From: Candidatus Omnitrophota bacterium
GTDB taxonomy: Bacteria > Omnitrophota > Gorgyraeia > Zapsychrales > Zapsychraceae
Assembly: GCA_018812705.1 (NCBI GenBank)
Contig: JAHJCZ010000028.1
Location: 11,092-75,091 of the forward strand
Length of the DNA stretch: 64,000 nt
Reading direction: 5' to 3'
Shown one piece after another: positions 49,593 through 58,675 of this stretch (positions are counted from its first letter, which is position 1; each line of letters opens with the position of its first letter). A model generated the notes under the pieces. The model did not search any database. It was given only the letters and a program-made list of their open reading frames with translations, and was not told where the DNA came from. Made by a program: the position numbers and the translations under genes.

Positions 49593-50017
49593 AATCGCAC
49601 TTTTGCAGTCACCTCTGGATGGAGTTTAACAAAAACTTCAAAAATACCTAATTCTTCAATCGGATTTTCTACAACGATGCTCTTCTTATCAATGTTAAAT
49701 CCTTCAACTTCTAAAGCCTTAATTATTTCTGTTTCACTAATTGCCCCATATAATTTATCCAAATCATTAACTTCTGCTGCAACAGTACAAGAAGCCTTAT
49801 TTAATTGCTCAGCTAACGTTTCCGCTTTTTTCTTTTCTGCTTCATATTCAAGCTTACGTTTCTTTTCTTGCTGTTCGATCCTCTTTAAATTCGTTGCACT
49901 AGCTATATAAGCTAATTTCTTTGGAATAAGAAAATTACGAGCATAACCATCCTTAACTTTTACAACCTCACCAGTTTTTCCTAAACTAGCTACATTTTGA
50001 GATAGAATTACTTCCAT
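49574..50017 (-). CDS. rplI: 50S ribosomal protein L9
   Basis: MEVILSQNVASLGKTGEVVKVKDGYARNFLIP matches the bL9 N-terminal domain. Confidence 0.85.
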   Translation of the reverse strand: MEVILSQNVASLGKTGEVVKVKDGYARNFLIPKKLAYIASATNLKRIEQQEKKRKLEYEAEKKKAETLAEQLNKASCTVAAEVNDLDKLYGAISETEIIKALEVEGFNIDKKSIVVENPIEELGIFEVFVKLHPEVTAKVRLWVTKK

Positions 50018-50019
50018 GG

Positions 50020-50274
50020 CTATTTTTTCACTCCTCCCGTAATAAGTAAACTTAAGAACCTTGCATTTTTAATTGCTTCTATCAAACGCCTTTGCTCTTT
50101 TGCAGTCACTCCTGTTATCCTTCTTGGAACAACCTTTCCTCTGTCATTCAAATATTTCTGCAACAAGCTGACATTCTTGTAGTTAATATCAGTGTCCTTA
50201 GACATTTGATATTTTGCTGTATTTCTTTGACGACCATTAAAATTTCTTCTTGGCTTCATTAATTTCTTTTTCAT
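50020..50274 (-). CDS. rpsR: 30S ribosomal protein S18
   Basis: Conserved bS18 core [11 protein letters not shown]...[19 protein letters not shown]. Confidence 0.9.
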   Translation of the reverse strand: MKKKLMKPRRNFNGRQRNTAKYQMSKDTDINYKNVSLLQKYLNDRGKVVPRRITGVTAKEQRRLIEAIKNARFLSLLITGGVKK

Positions 50275-50300
50275 GAATTATTCTTTCCTTCCTAGAATTA

Positions 50301-50741
50301 TTATTCGTCCCAGGCAATGTCTTCAGGCTTAATAGCTTCTGACAGTCCGATAAGATCAGGAGCCCCAACTAACTCCTCTTTGTTTATGTCTTTGTCCTTA
50401 GACCCCTCACCGTAACTTCCTAGAAATTGCACTCTTTCTGCTCTTACATCAATTGCACTTCTTTTCTGGCCATCACTTGTTTCCCAAAATCTTGACTGCA
50501 ATACGCCTTCGACAAAAACTGGCCTGCCTTTTGTAAGATACTGGCAGCATGCTTCTGCTTGTTTATCCCATACCGTCACTGTCAAGAAGCAAACTTCTTC
50601 CTTCAACTCACCTGAACTATCCTTAAATCTTCTGTTTACCGCAATTCCTAAATTTGCAACTGCTGTTCCACCCGGAGTATATCGCAACTCTGGGTCTCTT
50701 GTTAAGTTACCAATTAAAAACACTTTGTTTAAATTCGCCAT
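50301..50741 (-). CDS. ssb: Single-stranded DNA-binding protein
   Basis: OB-fold SSB N-terminus NKVFLIGNLTRDPELRYTPGG, an acidic C-terminal tail, and a position between rpsF and rpsR. Confidence 0.85.
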   Translation of the reverse strand: MANLNKVFLIGNLTRDPELRYTPGGTAVANLGIAVNRRFKDSSGELKEEVCFLTVTVWDKQAEACCQYLTKGRPVFVEGVLQSRFWETSDGQKRSAIDVRAERVQFLGSYGEGSKDKDINKEELVGAPDLIGLSEAIKPEDIAWDE

Positions 50742-50773
50742 TTCATCCTCCTTACAGACAAAAGCTTTATTAA

Positions 50774-51082
50774 TTATTTTTCTAATCTTGTTATTAAATA
50801 TCGAAGCACTTTTTCCTTTAACCTCAAAGCCGCACGAATCTTCCCCATACCTGATCCGACAATCTCAAAATTAACAAGATAATATGTTCCTTCGCTTCGT
50901 TTTTTAATATCAAATGTAAATTTTTGTTTTTCAAGCCAAACTTGACTATTAATGATCTTGCCACTGTACTTTTCGACCGTGTCAGTACAATCCTTTAAAA
51001 TTGCTTCCTTTTCCTCATTAGCAACTTTAGCATCAACAATAATCACTAGCTCATATTTTTTTACTAATTCCGTTTTTTCCAT
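50774..51082 (-). CDS. rpsF: 30S ribosomal protein S6
   Basis: YELVIIV...YYLVNFE pattern of bS6. First gene of the rpsF-ssb-rpsR-rplI cluster. Confidence 0.85.
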   Translation of the reverse strand: MEKTELVKKYELVIIVDAKVANEEKEAILKDCTDTVEKYSGKIINSQVWLEKQKFTFDIKKRSEGTYYLVNFEIVGSGMGKIRAALRLKEKVLRYLITRLEK

Positions 51083-51107
51083 TTCACTCCCTTTCTACCT
51101 ACTCTCA

Positions 51108-51698
51108 CTATTCTTGTGAAGAAATCTTCCCATTAAAACTCTCCATCGCTTTTCCAATCCCCTCATCTAACCAAATAAGACAACAATCTGCTGCTTTGCT
51201 AATAAAATCTTCTAGATTATTTGTTTCGCTTTTTTTAAATTCCTCGAGAACATAATCAACAACATCGACTTTATTGCCAGGATGACTAATACCCATCCTC
51301 AAACGGGGGAACTCATCAGTGCCTAAACACTGAGTTACCGAATCCAGACCATTGTGACCACCATCGCTTCCTTTTGGTCTTATTCGTATCTGCCCAAAAT
51401 CAAGATTGAGATCATCGCAAACGATCAAAGACTCCGCTAACAGGAATTCTTTTTTTTCAACAAGCTGCCTGATAGCTCCTCCTGATTTGTTCATATATGT
51501 TAACGGCATAAACAAACAAACATCGTGGTCTGTATTCTTTACTTCTGCCATTAAACCATTTGTAAAAGAACTCAATTTCAATCTAACATTCAACCTTTCA
51601 GCCAAATGTCTTACGACAAGAAACCCAAGATTATGTCGTGTATATTCGTAATCCTTCCCTGGATTACCCAAGCCCACAATGAGTTTCACTTTATACAA
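51108..51698 (-). CDS. pth: Peptidyl-tRNA hydrolase
   Basis: KLIVGLGNPG...YTRHNLGF catalytic signature. Confidence 0.85.
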   Translation of the reverse strand: MYKVKLIVGLGNPGKDYEYTRHNLGFLVVRHLAERLNVRLKLSSFTNGLMAEVKNTDHDVCLFMPLTYMNKSGGAIRQLVEKKEFLLAESLIVCDDLNLDFGQIRIRPKGSDGGHNGLDSVTQCLGTDEFPRLRMGISHPGNKVDVVDYVLEEFKKSETNNLEDFISKAADCCLIWLDEGIGKAMESFNGKISSQE

Positions 51699-51703
51699 TA
51701 CCC

Positions 51704-52390
51704 TTATTTTTCAGTTTTTTCTTCTTTTGATCCTTCAGCCTCTTCTTTAGCCTTCTTCTCTTTTATTACTTCAGGCTCTAAAGATACGCTCTCTTCACCT
51801 TCAGTTTCATCTTCTTCTTTCATAGGAGGAAGAACAGCTAGAACTATTGATTCTAAATCATGCTCTGTTGTAACACCTTCTGGTAAAACAATATCTTTTA
51901 CATGAATAGCATCGCCAATCTTTAAGCTAGTAACATCAATTTGGATCTTTTCTGGTATGTTCATAGGCAAACAAATAATGTCCAATTCCCACATTGCATG
52001 ATCCAAAGAACCACCATCATTCTTAACACCATCTGCTTCACCTTTTGCTTCAATAGGAACTGTAACCTCAATTACTTCAGTTAAAGAAATACGTTTAAAG
52101 TCAATATGAAGCAATTTATCTGTGACCGGATCATGCTGCTCTTCTTTTACAATAGCAGAATAATCTCTCAAACTTTTGTCGCCTTCCATAACATTTAAAT
52201 GGAAAACAACACTTTGACCTTGATGATGACGCATAATTTTCTCATATGTGCGACGATCCAATTTGATTATTGTTGTCCCTTTTTCACTACCATAAACAAT
52301 AGCCGGAACAGCATCATCTCTTCTGATACTTTTGATTTTCCTTGTTCCAACCTTGTCTCTTAACTGAACATCTAATTTTATTTCTTCCAT
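51704..52390 (-). CDS. rplY: 50S ribosomal protein L25 / general stress protein Ctc (long form with an acidic C-terminal tail)
   Basis: bL25 N-terminal domain (RDKVGTRKIKSIRRDDAVPAIVYG) plus a Ctc-type C-terminal extension. Confidence 0.8.
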   Translation of the reverse strand: MEEIKLDVQLRDKVGTRKIKSIRRDDAVPAIVYGSEKGTTIIKLDRRTYEKIMRHHQGQSVVFHLNVMEGDKSLRDYSAIVKEEQHDPVTDKLLHIDFKRISLTEVIEVTVPIEAKGEADGVKNDGGSLDHAMWELDIICLPMNIPEKIQIDVTSLKIGDAIHVKDIVLPEGVTTEHDLESIVLAVLPPMKEEDETEGEESVSLEPEVIKEKKAKEEAEGSKEEKTEK

Positions 52391-52414
52391 TTTAAATAAC
52401 CACCTCTTCTTTTC

Positions 52415-53356
52415 TTATCTTGTTGTTCCGTCAAACAAACAACTTATTGATTCTTCATCATGAATTCTCTGTATAGCATCTGCAAGCAATGCTCCCACAG
52501 AGACGACCTTGATCTTAGAAATCCTTTTTGTTTTATTCAAAGGAATAGTATCAGTTATTACTACTTCCTTTATTGCACTACAATCCCTAATCCTTTCAAT
52601 CGCCTTACCTGAAAGAATTCCATGACTCATAACAGCATAAACTTCTTTAACACCCTTTTTCTTTAAAGCCTCGGCCGCCTCGACTAAAGATCCTGCGGTA
52701 GCTACAATGTCATCGACAATTAAAGCACACTTTCCCTTTACACGTCCAAGAATATGCATAACTTCTGTCTTTTCTGGGCTTTCTCTACGCTTGTCAACAA
52801 TAGCCAAACCTGCGTTTAGTCTTTTTGAATAAGCTCTGGCCATTTTAGTCCCACCAACATCAGGAGATACAACAACGATGTTCTTCATATTCTTCTCGTG
52901 AAAATAGTCACAAAGAGCATTAATGCAATACAAATGATCAACTGGGATATCAAAGAAACCTTGGATCTGATTTGCATGTAAATCCATCGTCAAAACTCTT
53001 TCAGCTCCAGCGGCAACCATAAGATTGGCAACTAATTTTGCTGTAATTGGAACTCTTGGCTGGTCCTTACGATCTTGTCTCGCATAACCATAATAAGGGA
53101 CGACTGCTGTGATTCTTTTTGCAGATGCCCTTCTTGCCGCATCCATAAGTATCAAAAGCTCCATTAAATTATCATTAGTCGGCGGACAAGTTGGTTGAAC
53201 AATAAAAAGATCTTTACCCCTAATATTCTCTTCGATCTTAATTCTTGTTTCGCCTTCACTAAATTTCGAAGCTAACACCCTTGTTAATGGGATATTCAAA
53301 TGTTGACAAATCTTCTTTGCTAAAGCAGGATTTGCATTACCTGATATTATTTTCAT
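52415..53356 (-). CDS. prs: Ribose-phosphate pyrophosphokinase
   Basis: PRPP synthetase motifs, including the PRPP-binding loop IVDDIVATAGS and a divalent-cation site. Confidence 0.9.
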   Translation of the reverse strand: MKIISGNANPALAKKICQHLNIPLTRVLASKFSEGETRIKIEENIRGKDLFIVQPTCPPTNDNLMELLILMDAARRASAKRITAVVPYYGYARQDRKDQPRVPITAKLVANLMVAAGAERVLTMDLHANQIQGFFDIPVDHLYCINALCDYFHEKNMKNIVVVSPDVGGTKMARAYSKRLNAGLAIVDKRRESPEKTEVMHILGRVKGKCALIVDDIVATAGSLVEAAEALKKKGVKEVYAVMSHGILSGKAIERIRDCSAIKEVVITDTIPLNKTKRISKIKVVSVGALLADAIQRIHDEESISCLFDGTTR

Positions 53357-54615
53357 TTCTCTTCTTTCTTCGCAACTATTTTTGCAGGAACACCCATAAC
53401 GACTCTACCATCTGGAACTATTTTTCCTCCGGTAACTACACTACCTGCTCCAACAACCGCTTTTTTGCCTATCTTCACTGGAGAGATCAATGTTGAGTTA
53501 GAACCAATAAAAGCATAATCAGCTATTCTTGATGTATGTTTCTGCTTACCATCAAAATTTGCAGTTACCATTCCAGCGCCAATATTTACATGTGATCCAA
53601 CTAAAGAATCTCCTAAATAACTAAAATGCTTCATAAAACAATTAGAACCCATTTTGGAACGTGAAATCTCAGTAAAATTACCTATATCAACATTGTTTCC
53701 AATTCTTGTATCAAGCCTTATTCGGGCAAAAGGACCAATTATACAACGCTCGCCGATCCTAACGTTCTTTTCAATATAAGTAAACGGCCTGATCGTTGTA
53801 TCTTTTCCGATCTTTACGTTCGAGTCAATATATGTAGTGTGTGGATCAATAACTGTAACGCCTTGAGACATAATTTTTTTTAATATTTTATGACGTATTA
53901 TATTCTCAGCCAAGGCAAGATGCTCTCTTGAATTTACACCTAACCCTTCAACTGAATCCTCAGTTTCAACAGTTTCTATCTTATATCCTTTAGAAAAAAA
54001 CAACTCAATAATATCCGTAAGATAATATTCTTTCTTCTTTTTATTAGGGTGAACCTCTTTTATCGTTTTAAACAATTCTTTGCTTTTAAAACAATAAACT
54101 CCAACATTTATCTCCGCAATATCCCTCTCAAAACCTACCGCATCTTTATCTTCTCGAATAGCCACAACTTTTTGAGCATCTTCCCGTATTATGCGGCCAT
54201 ATCCTTGTGGATCATGAACAATAGCAGTTAAAAACGTACATATCGCTTTCGATCTCTTATGCTTCCTAAGAATGCTCCTGATCACGTTTTTATTTAGTAG
54301 TGGAGTATCTCCACATAAAACCAAAACATTACCACTATAAGTTCGAAAATAATTTGCTGCACATTTCACCGCATCAGCAGTACCAAGCAACTGCTTTTGC
54401 TCTATAACGATTTTGTCCTGTGGTAGATACTTTTTCACCAAACTACTTTTGTGACCAAGAACAACATATGTTTTCAATGAACCTATTGATTTGACTATAT
54501 CCAAAACATACTGAATAATTGGTTTGCCACAAACCTCATGCAACACCTTTGGAATACTAGATTTCATTCTAGTTCCTTTTCCTGCGGCTAATATGATCGT
54601 TCTAAGATCTTGCAT
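53353..54615 (-). CDS. glmU: Bifunctional UDP-N-acetylglucosamine pyrophosphorylase / glucosamine-1-phosphate N-acetyltransferase
   Basis: N-terminal nucleotidyltransferase motif LAAGKGTRMKS plus C-terminal hexapeptide repeats. It overlaps prs by 4 nt, as in the Bacillus gcaD-prs arrangement. Confidence 0.85.
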   Translation of the reverse strand: MQDLRTIILAAGKGTRMKSSIPKVLHEVCGKPIIQYVLDIVKSIGSLKTYVVLGHKSSLVKKYLPQDKIVIEQKQLLGTADAVKCAANYFRTYSGNVLVLCGDTPLLNKNVIRSILRKHKRSKAICTFLTAIVHDPQGYGRIIREDAQKVVAIREDKDAVGFERDIAEINVGVYCFKSKELFKTIKEVHPNKKKKEYYLTDIIELFFSKGYKIETVETEDSVEGLGVNSREHLALAENIIRHKILKKIMSQGVTVIDPHTTYIDSNVKIGKDTTIRPFTYIEKNVRIGERCIIGPFARIRLDTRIGNNVDIGNFTEISRSKMGSNCFMKHFSYLGDSLVGSHVNIGAGMVTANFDGKQKHTSRIADYAFIGSNSTLISPVKIGKKAVVGAGSVVTGGKIVPDGRVVMGVPAKIVAKKEEK

Positions 54616-54669
54616 AAGTCAAATTAATTTAAGTTCTAACATCAAAATGATAGAACATTTAAAAAAATA

Positions 54670-54740
54670 CTGCCCAGCCAGGGCTCGAACCTGGAAAACA
54701 AGATCCAAATTCTTGTGTGTTGCCATTACACCACCGGGCA
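54670..54740 (-). tRNA. tRNA-Gln (anticodon UUG)
   Basis: Manual cloverleaf on the minus strand: a U1-A72 acceptor pair (as in bacterial tRNA-Gln), D-arm GTGTAATGGCAACAC, anticodon stem CAAGA/TCTTG with loop ATTTGGA (anticodon TTG), T-arm CCAGGTTCGAGCCCTGG, discriminator G. CCA is not encoded. Coordinates are within about 2 nt. Confidence 0.8.
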
Positions 54741-54838
54741 AAATCTTGATAATAAAATATATATTAAATAGAATTTCTATTACAAATCAATATTGCCGAA
54801 ACTATCTACCCACCGCTAAGAATCTGGTCTTTAAAAAA

Positions 54839-55210
54839 TTATCCTACAACTTCCTTCTTGTATGCTTCTAAAACCATATTTTGCAGATATTCACGAAATT
54901 TCTGTGTTATGGGATGTGCAATATCCCGATGTTCAGATTTTGCATCTGCCGCAATCTCTTGATTGCTTACCGGTTGAACAGCAACTCCGCAATGATTGCA
55001 AAACTTTGCTCCAACCTCGTTTTTAAAATTACACTTAGAGCAAGAGTTTTTCATCTTCCGTGAAGGCATTGCTATAAATAAACCAGTTGAACCTTGTATC
55101 ACTTTTATATTCCTAACAACAAAAGAATCATCAAAAGTGACTGTTGTGTATGCCTTTAATTTTTTGTCTTGACCCTCTTTTGGAAATACTCGGATTTCTG
55201 TAATTTCCAT
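54839..55210 (-). CDS. spoVG: SpoVG-family protein with a roughly 35-aa CxxC...CxxC zinc-ribbon insertion. I chose the ATG at about 55210 (MEITEIRV) with a GAGGAG RBS; the track ORF starts at a GTG at 55225.
   Basis: MEITEIRVFP...GLFIAMPSRK ... HRDIAHPITQKFREYLQNMVLEAY aligns with Bacillus SpoVG (MEVTDVRL...GLFVAMPSKR...FRDIAHPINS...). An inserted segment SCSKCNFKNEVGAKFCNHCG sits in between. It is located between glmU and ispE as in Bacillus. Confidence 0.75.
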   Translation of the reverse strand: MEITEIRVFPKEGQDKKLKAYTTVTFDDSFVVRNIKVIQGSTGLFIAMPSRKMKNSCSKCNFKNEVGAKFCNHCGVAVQPVSNQEIAADAKSEHRDIAHPITQKFREYLQNMVLEAYKKEVVG

Positions 55211-55323
55211 CTCTAAGCTCCTCACTTTCCTTAGATGCGAACTTGATTATTATGAATTTTCTTGTTCGGGACAAAAAAATGTTCAAAAACAAGATTAACA
55301 AACATAAAAATACATCTAATTTA

Positions 55324-56181
55324 TCAAAGAGTCCTAACAACAAATACTTGGGAAAATCGCTTTGATAATATATTAGCAATTTCTTCAGCTTCTTTTTTTG
55401 TTGTTGTTACACCAAAAACTGATGGCCCGCTACCGGAAACCATAACTCCTAGAGGATTAAAGGACTTTAGCTTCTCCTTTAAATCCAACAGCTTTGGGCA
55501 AAGCTTGATTACATCAATCTCTAAGTCATTTGACAATAAACTTCCCACACCTAATATATTGCCATTACTTAAATTATGGATAAGGATATTAACATTATCA
55601 TTTCTCTTTGTCAACTGCAATTTATGCCTACTATATACGTCTCGAGAATATATTTTAATGCGAGGCACCACCAAAATATGCCACAATTTCGCCTTTAATT
55701 TTAAGATTTCTATCTCATCGCCTCTTGATGTTCCCAAACCCCAGCTGGACCTATAAAGAAAAAATGCCACATCACTCCCAAGTCGACGAGCATATGGCAA
55801 TAGCTTTTCCTTGCTCAACCCTAAATTCCACAATTTATTTAAACCCATAAGAGCCGTTGCACCATTACTTGACCCCCCGGCTAACCCTGCGGCAACAGGG
55901 ATTCGCTTATTTATTCGAATTTCCACCCCTTGTTTGACTTTAAAATCAACTTTTAACATTTTTGCAGCTTTATAAACAAGGTTTTTAGGCCCAACAGGAA
56001 CATTAGGATGATCACAAGATATTATGATCGAGTCCTTTTGACTAGAACAAAAAGAAATATCATCAAATAAATCAATACGTTCAAACAAAGTAACTATATT
56101 ATGAAATCCATCTGGTCTCTTATTGATAACTTTAAGATATAGATTTAATTTGGCGGGAGATTGAAGTATAATTTCGCTCAT
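55324..56181 (-). CDS. ispE: 4-diphosphocytidyl-2-C-methyl-D-erythritol kinase
   Basis: N-terminal APAKLNLYL-type motif (SPAKLNLYLKV) and a GHMP-kinase ATP loop (PVAAGLAGGSSNGA). Confidence 0.85.
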   Translation of the reverse strand: MSEIILQSPAKLNLYLKVINKRPDGFHNIVTLFERIDLFDDISFCSSQKDSIIISCDHPNVPVGPKNLVYKAAKMLKVDFKVKQGVEIRINKRIPVAAGLAGGSSNGATALMGLNKLWNLGLSKEKLLPYARRLGSDVAFFLYRSSWGLGTSRGDEIEILKLKAKLWHILVVPRIKIYSRDVYSRHKLQLTKRNDNVNILIHNLSNGNILGVGSLLSNDLEIDVIKLCPKLLDLKEKLKSFNPLGVMVSGSGPSVFGVTTTKKEAEEIANILSKRFSQVFVVRTL

Positions 56182-56234
56182 AAGTTGATTTATTTAAAAC
56201 AGAATATTGCTATCGTAAAATATCCGACCCTCTA

Positions 56235-57212
56235 TTACTTGCTAGCTTGTTCATTATTAACATTATCTATCTTTTGAGAAACTTTATCCTGATCTGGCAA
56301 AAGTTCCAATGATAACTTCCAATACTTTAAAGCTTCATCGGCATTATTCATTACAAAATAAACATCTCCAATATGATCATAGATCACGGGGTCTTCCATG
56401 GCAGAATCTGCTTTGATCAGAGATTCTAAGGACTTTTGATAATCACCTTTCTTGAAATAAATCCAACCTAATGTATCAAAATATGCGCCATTATTTGGGC
56501 TTATTACAAGAGCACGATTAATTAAGTCCAAAGCTTCAGACAAGTTCTCTTCTTTTTCTGCATAAACATAAGCAAGAGAATTAAGACAACCATCGTGTTG
56601 AGGATCGATTTCAACGGCAATTTTGAAGATATCAATACCTTTTTGATCATAACCAGCTTCAAGATACAAAGAGCCTAACAGATACATAATATCAGGATTT
56701 GAAGGCTCAACTTCCAAGATATTCTCAAATTGCTCAATTGCTCTATCAAATTTTCTCTGAGAATAATAAAGCTGTCCAAGATATCCATAAATCTCAATGT
56801 TTTGAGGTTCGGCACTTGAAAAAGTCTTTAAAATATATTCATATTCTACCGCTGCTTTATCGTATTCTTTTGTATTAGAATAGATGAGTGCCAACAAATA
56901 ATGTGACTGCAGTTCGCTTTCATTTAGCTGATTAACAAGTAGCAACTCTCTTGTTGCTTCTTCTAGCATTCCAAGCCTAGCATAATCAGTCCCCAATCTT
57001 AGATGAATCAGATAACTTGCATCATCAAATTGAGAAGCTTTTTCATATTCAAGGATCGCACGCTCGGTAAGCCCCAATAAATCATACATTTGCCCTACTG
57101 CATAATGAGACAACCCTCTTGATATCGACACCTTTTCTTGAAATGCAAAAGCATCTGTCACTCTTGGCATAAAGAAAAGAACAGCCAAAAAAATGAGAAA
57201 ACTAAATTTCAT
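56235..57212 (-). CDS. Secreted TPR-repeat protein. The start is taken at an internal Met (MKFSFLIFLAV...) that gives a signal peptide; the track ORF extends to 57263.
   Basis: Hydrophobic N-terminus followed by about 7 TPR-like repeats containing Y/W-rich helices. Confidence 0.55.
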   Translation of the reverse strand: MKFSFLIFLAVLFFMPRVTDAFAFQEKVSISRGLSHYAVGQMYDLLGLTERAILEYEKASQFDDASYLIHLRLGTDYARLGMLEEATRELLLVNQLNESELQSHYLLALIYSNTKEYDKAAVEYEYILKTFSSAEPQNIEIYGYLGQLYYSQRKFDRAIEQFENILEVEPSNPDIMYLLGSLYLEAGYDQKGIDIFKIAVEIDPQHDGCLNSLAYVYAEKEENLSEALDLINRALVISPNNGAYFDTLGWIYFKKGDYQKSLESLIKADSAMEDPVIYDHIGDVYFVMNNADEALKYWKLSLELLPDQDKVSQKIDNVNNEQASK

Positions 57213-57300
57213 ATCGCTCCTGAAAAAAGACTTTAAAGGAGCTTTTGCAGTATAACGCCCCATATAATTAACCTCTTTTATAAGTATACTACATAGAAGT

Positions 57301-57402
57301 CTATCGAGTCTTACGCTTTTTAAGATGCCTTAGAGCTTTTCTTAATTTTTTTCTTTTATGCGTTCTAATCTTGCGATTTTTTCTTTTTTTACCACACGGC
57401 AT
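57301..57402 (-). CDS. 33-aa extremely basic small protein (MPCGKKRKNRKIRTHKRKKLRKALRHLKKRKTR), possibly a bS22-like small ribosomal protein
   Basis: ATG preceded by an AGGGTGA RBS about 7 nt upstream. The ORF is below the track threshold. Its composition resembles 33-aa bS22-type ribosomal proteins. Confidence 0.35.
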   Translation of the reverse strand: MPCGKKRKNRKIRTHKRKKLRKALRHLKKRKTR

Positions 57403-57429
57403 GAAACGTCACCCTATCGGTTTAATTGA

Positions 57430-58305
57430 TTAATAGATTACTTTGTTTAAAGGATACTCGACTATACCTTGAGCTCCTGCCTTCTTCAACTGAGGGATAA
57501 TAATCCTTGCAGTACCTTCTTCGATCACAGTTTCCACTGCTATCCAATCTTCCCTGCTTAATGCTGAAATAGTTGGTTCTTTTAAGGACGGTAAGATCTT
57601 TCTTATCTTATCAAAATTCTTTTCTTCAACATTCATCTTCAATCCAACCATATGACCAGCAATAATCGCTCCCTCTAAAAGCATAACGATCTGATCCATC
57701 TTAGCCTTTTTCCAAGGGTCTTTAATTGATTCATTATTGGCGATAAATTGTGTCGTAGATTCACAAATAGTTGAAACAATCCGCAGTTTATGTGCTCTGA
57801 GGCTACTGCCTGTTTCAGTCAACTCAACAACTGCATCAACTAAACCATCCGCGACTTTAGCTTCGGTAGCTCCCCAGCTGAACTCAACTTCTGCCTTTAC
57901 GTTATTTTTCTTAAGATATTTCTTTGTAACATTAACAACTTCAGTAGCAATTTTTTTTCCTTGCAGGTCCTTAACTGTTTTGATCGGAGATTTTTCGGGC
58001 ACAGCCAAAACCCATCTAACTTTAACAGCTGATTGTTTTGCATAAACCAGATCAGCCAAAGAAACCACCTTGGAACCATTTTCCAAAACCCAGTCGGCCC
58101 CAGTAATTCCACAATCCAAAGCTTTCTCTTCGACATAACGCGACATCTCTTGAGCCCTTAAAAGGACTGGCTCGATCTCAGCGTCATCTATCGTCGGGAA
58201 ATACGAACGTCCCGAAACATATATCTTGAACCCGGCTTTTTCAAAAACTTTTATTGTTGCATCCTGCAAACTGCCTTTTGGCAGTCCTAATTTTAATTTT
58301 CGCAT
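57430..58305 (-). CDS. hisG: ATP phosphoribosyltransferase, long form with a C-terminal regulatory domain
   Basis: [23 protein letters not shown]... N-terminus and a 291-aa length consistent with HisG-long. Confidence 0.8.
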   Translation of the reverse strand: MRKLKLGLPKGSLQDATIKVFEKAGFKIYVSGRSYFPTIDDAEIEPVLLRAQEMSRYVEEKALDCGITGADWVLENGSKVVSLADLVYAKQSAVKVRWVLAVPEKSPIKTVKDLQGKKIATEVVNVTKKYLKKNNVKAEVEFSWGATEAKVADGLVDAVVELTETGSSLRAHKLRIVSTICESTTQFIANNESIKDPWKKAKMDQIVMLLEGAIIAGHMVGLKMNVEEKNFDKIRKILPSLKEPTISALSREDWIAVETVIEEGTARIIIPQLKKAGAQGIVEYPLNKVIY

Positions 58306-58564
58306 TATAATATTCCCTTTATATTCTAATAATAATTAAGCTTTCACATAGCAAAAAAAGAACAAAACCAGTTTTCAGGTAGATAAACAACGTATTATAG
58401 CCTTGAGCCCTCTCGTTGTAAAGAGCAAAATACATAATACAAATTTTTTATTTCATTCTTCTTAAAGCTACGAATCCCAGAGACTTCATAATGATTGAAC
58501 TAACCAGAAATTTTGAAAATATCAGATCAAAATAAATATTTTTCCGCTTTCTGTATTAATTCTC

Positions 58565-58593
58565 TTGTAAAAGCGACCATTCATAGTTATAAT
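58565..58593 (+). promoter_or_regulatory. Candidate sigma-70-type promoter TTGTAA-17nt-TATAAT upstream of the ppiD-like gene
   Basis: Read directly from the sequence: -35 TTGTAA, a 17-nt spacer and -10 TATAAT about 80 nt upstream of the ATG at 58676. The background is AT-rich, so chance matches are likely. Confidence 0.3.
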
Positions 58594-58675
58594 CATCAAT
58601 TTGAAAGGCATGTTAAATGCCATAATCTACCAGAATAATCTAATTTATCAAGTGTTTATTTAAAATGGAGCAATT

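Noticed and set aside
58306-58675. T-box or his-leader attenuator upstream of hisG (370-nt divergent intergenic region)
   Set aside because: No T-box sequence (AATTAGGGTGGTACCGCG-like) or run of His codons in a leader peptide was found. The region looks like a plain AT-rich divergent promoter region with a small GGCAT/ATGCC hairpin.
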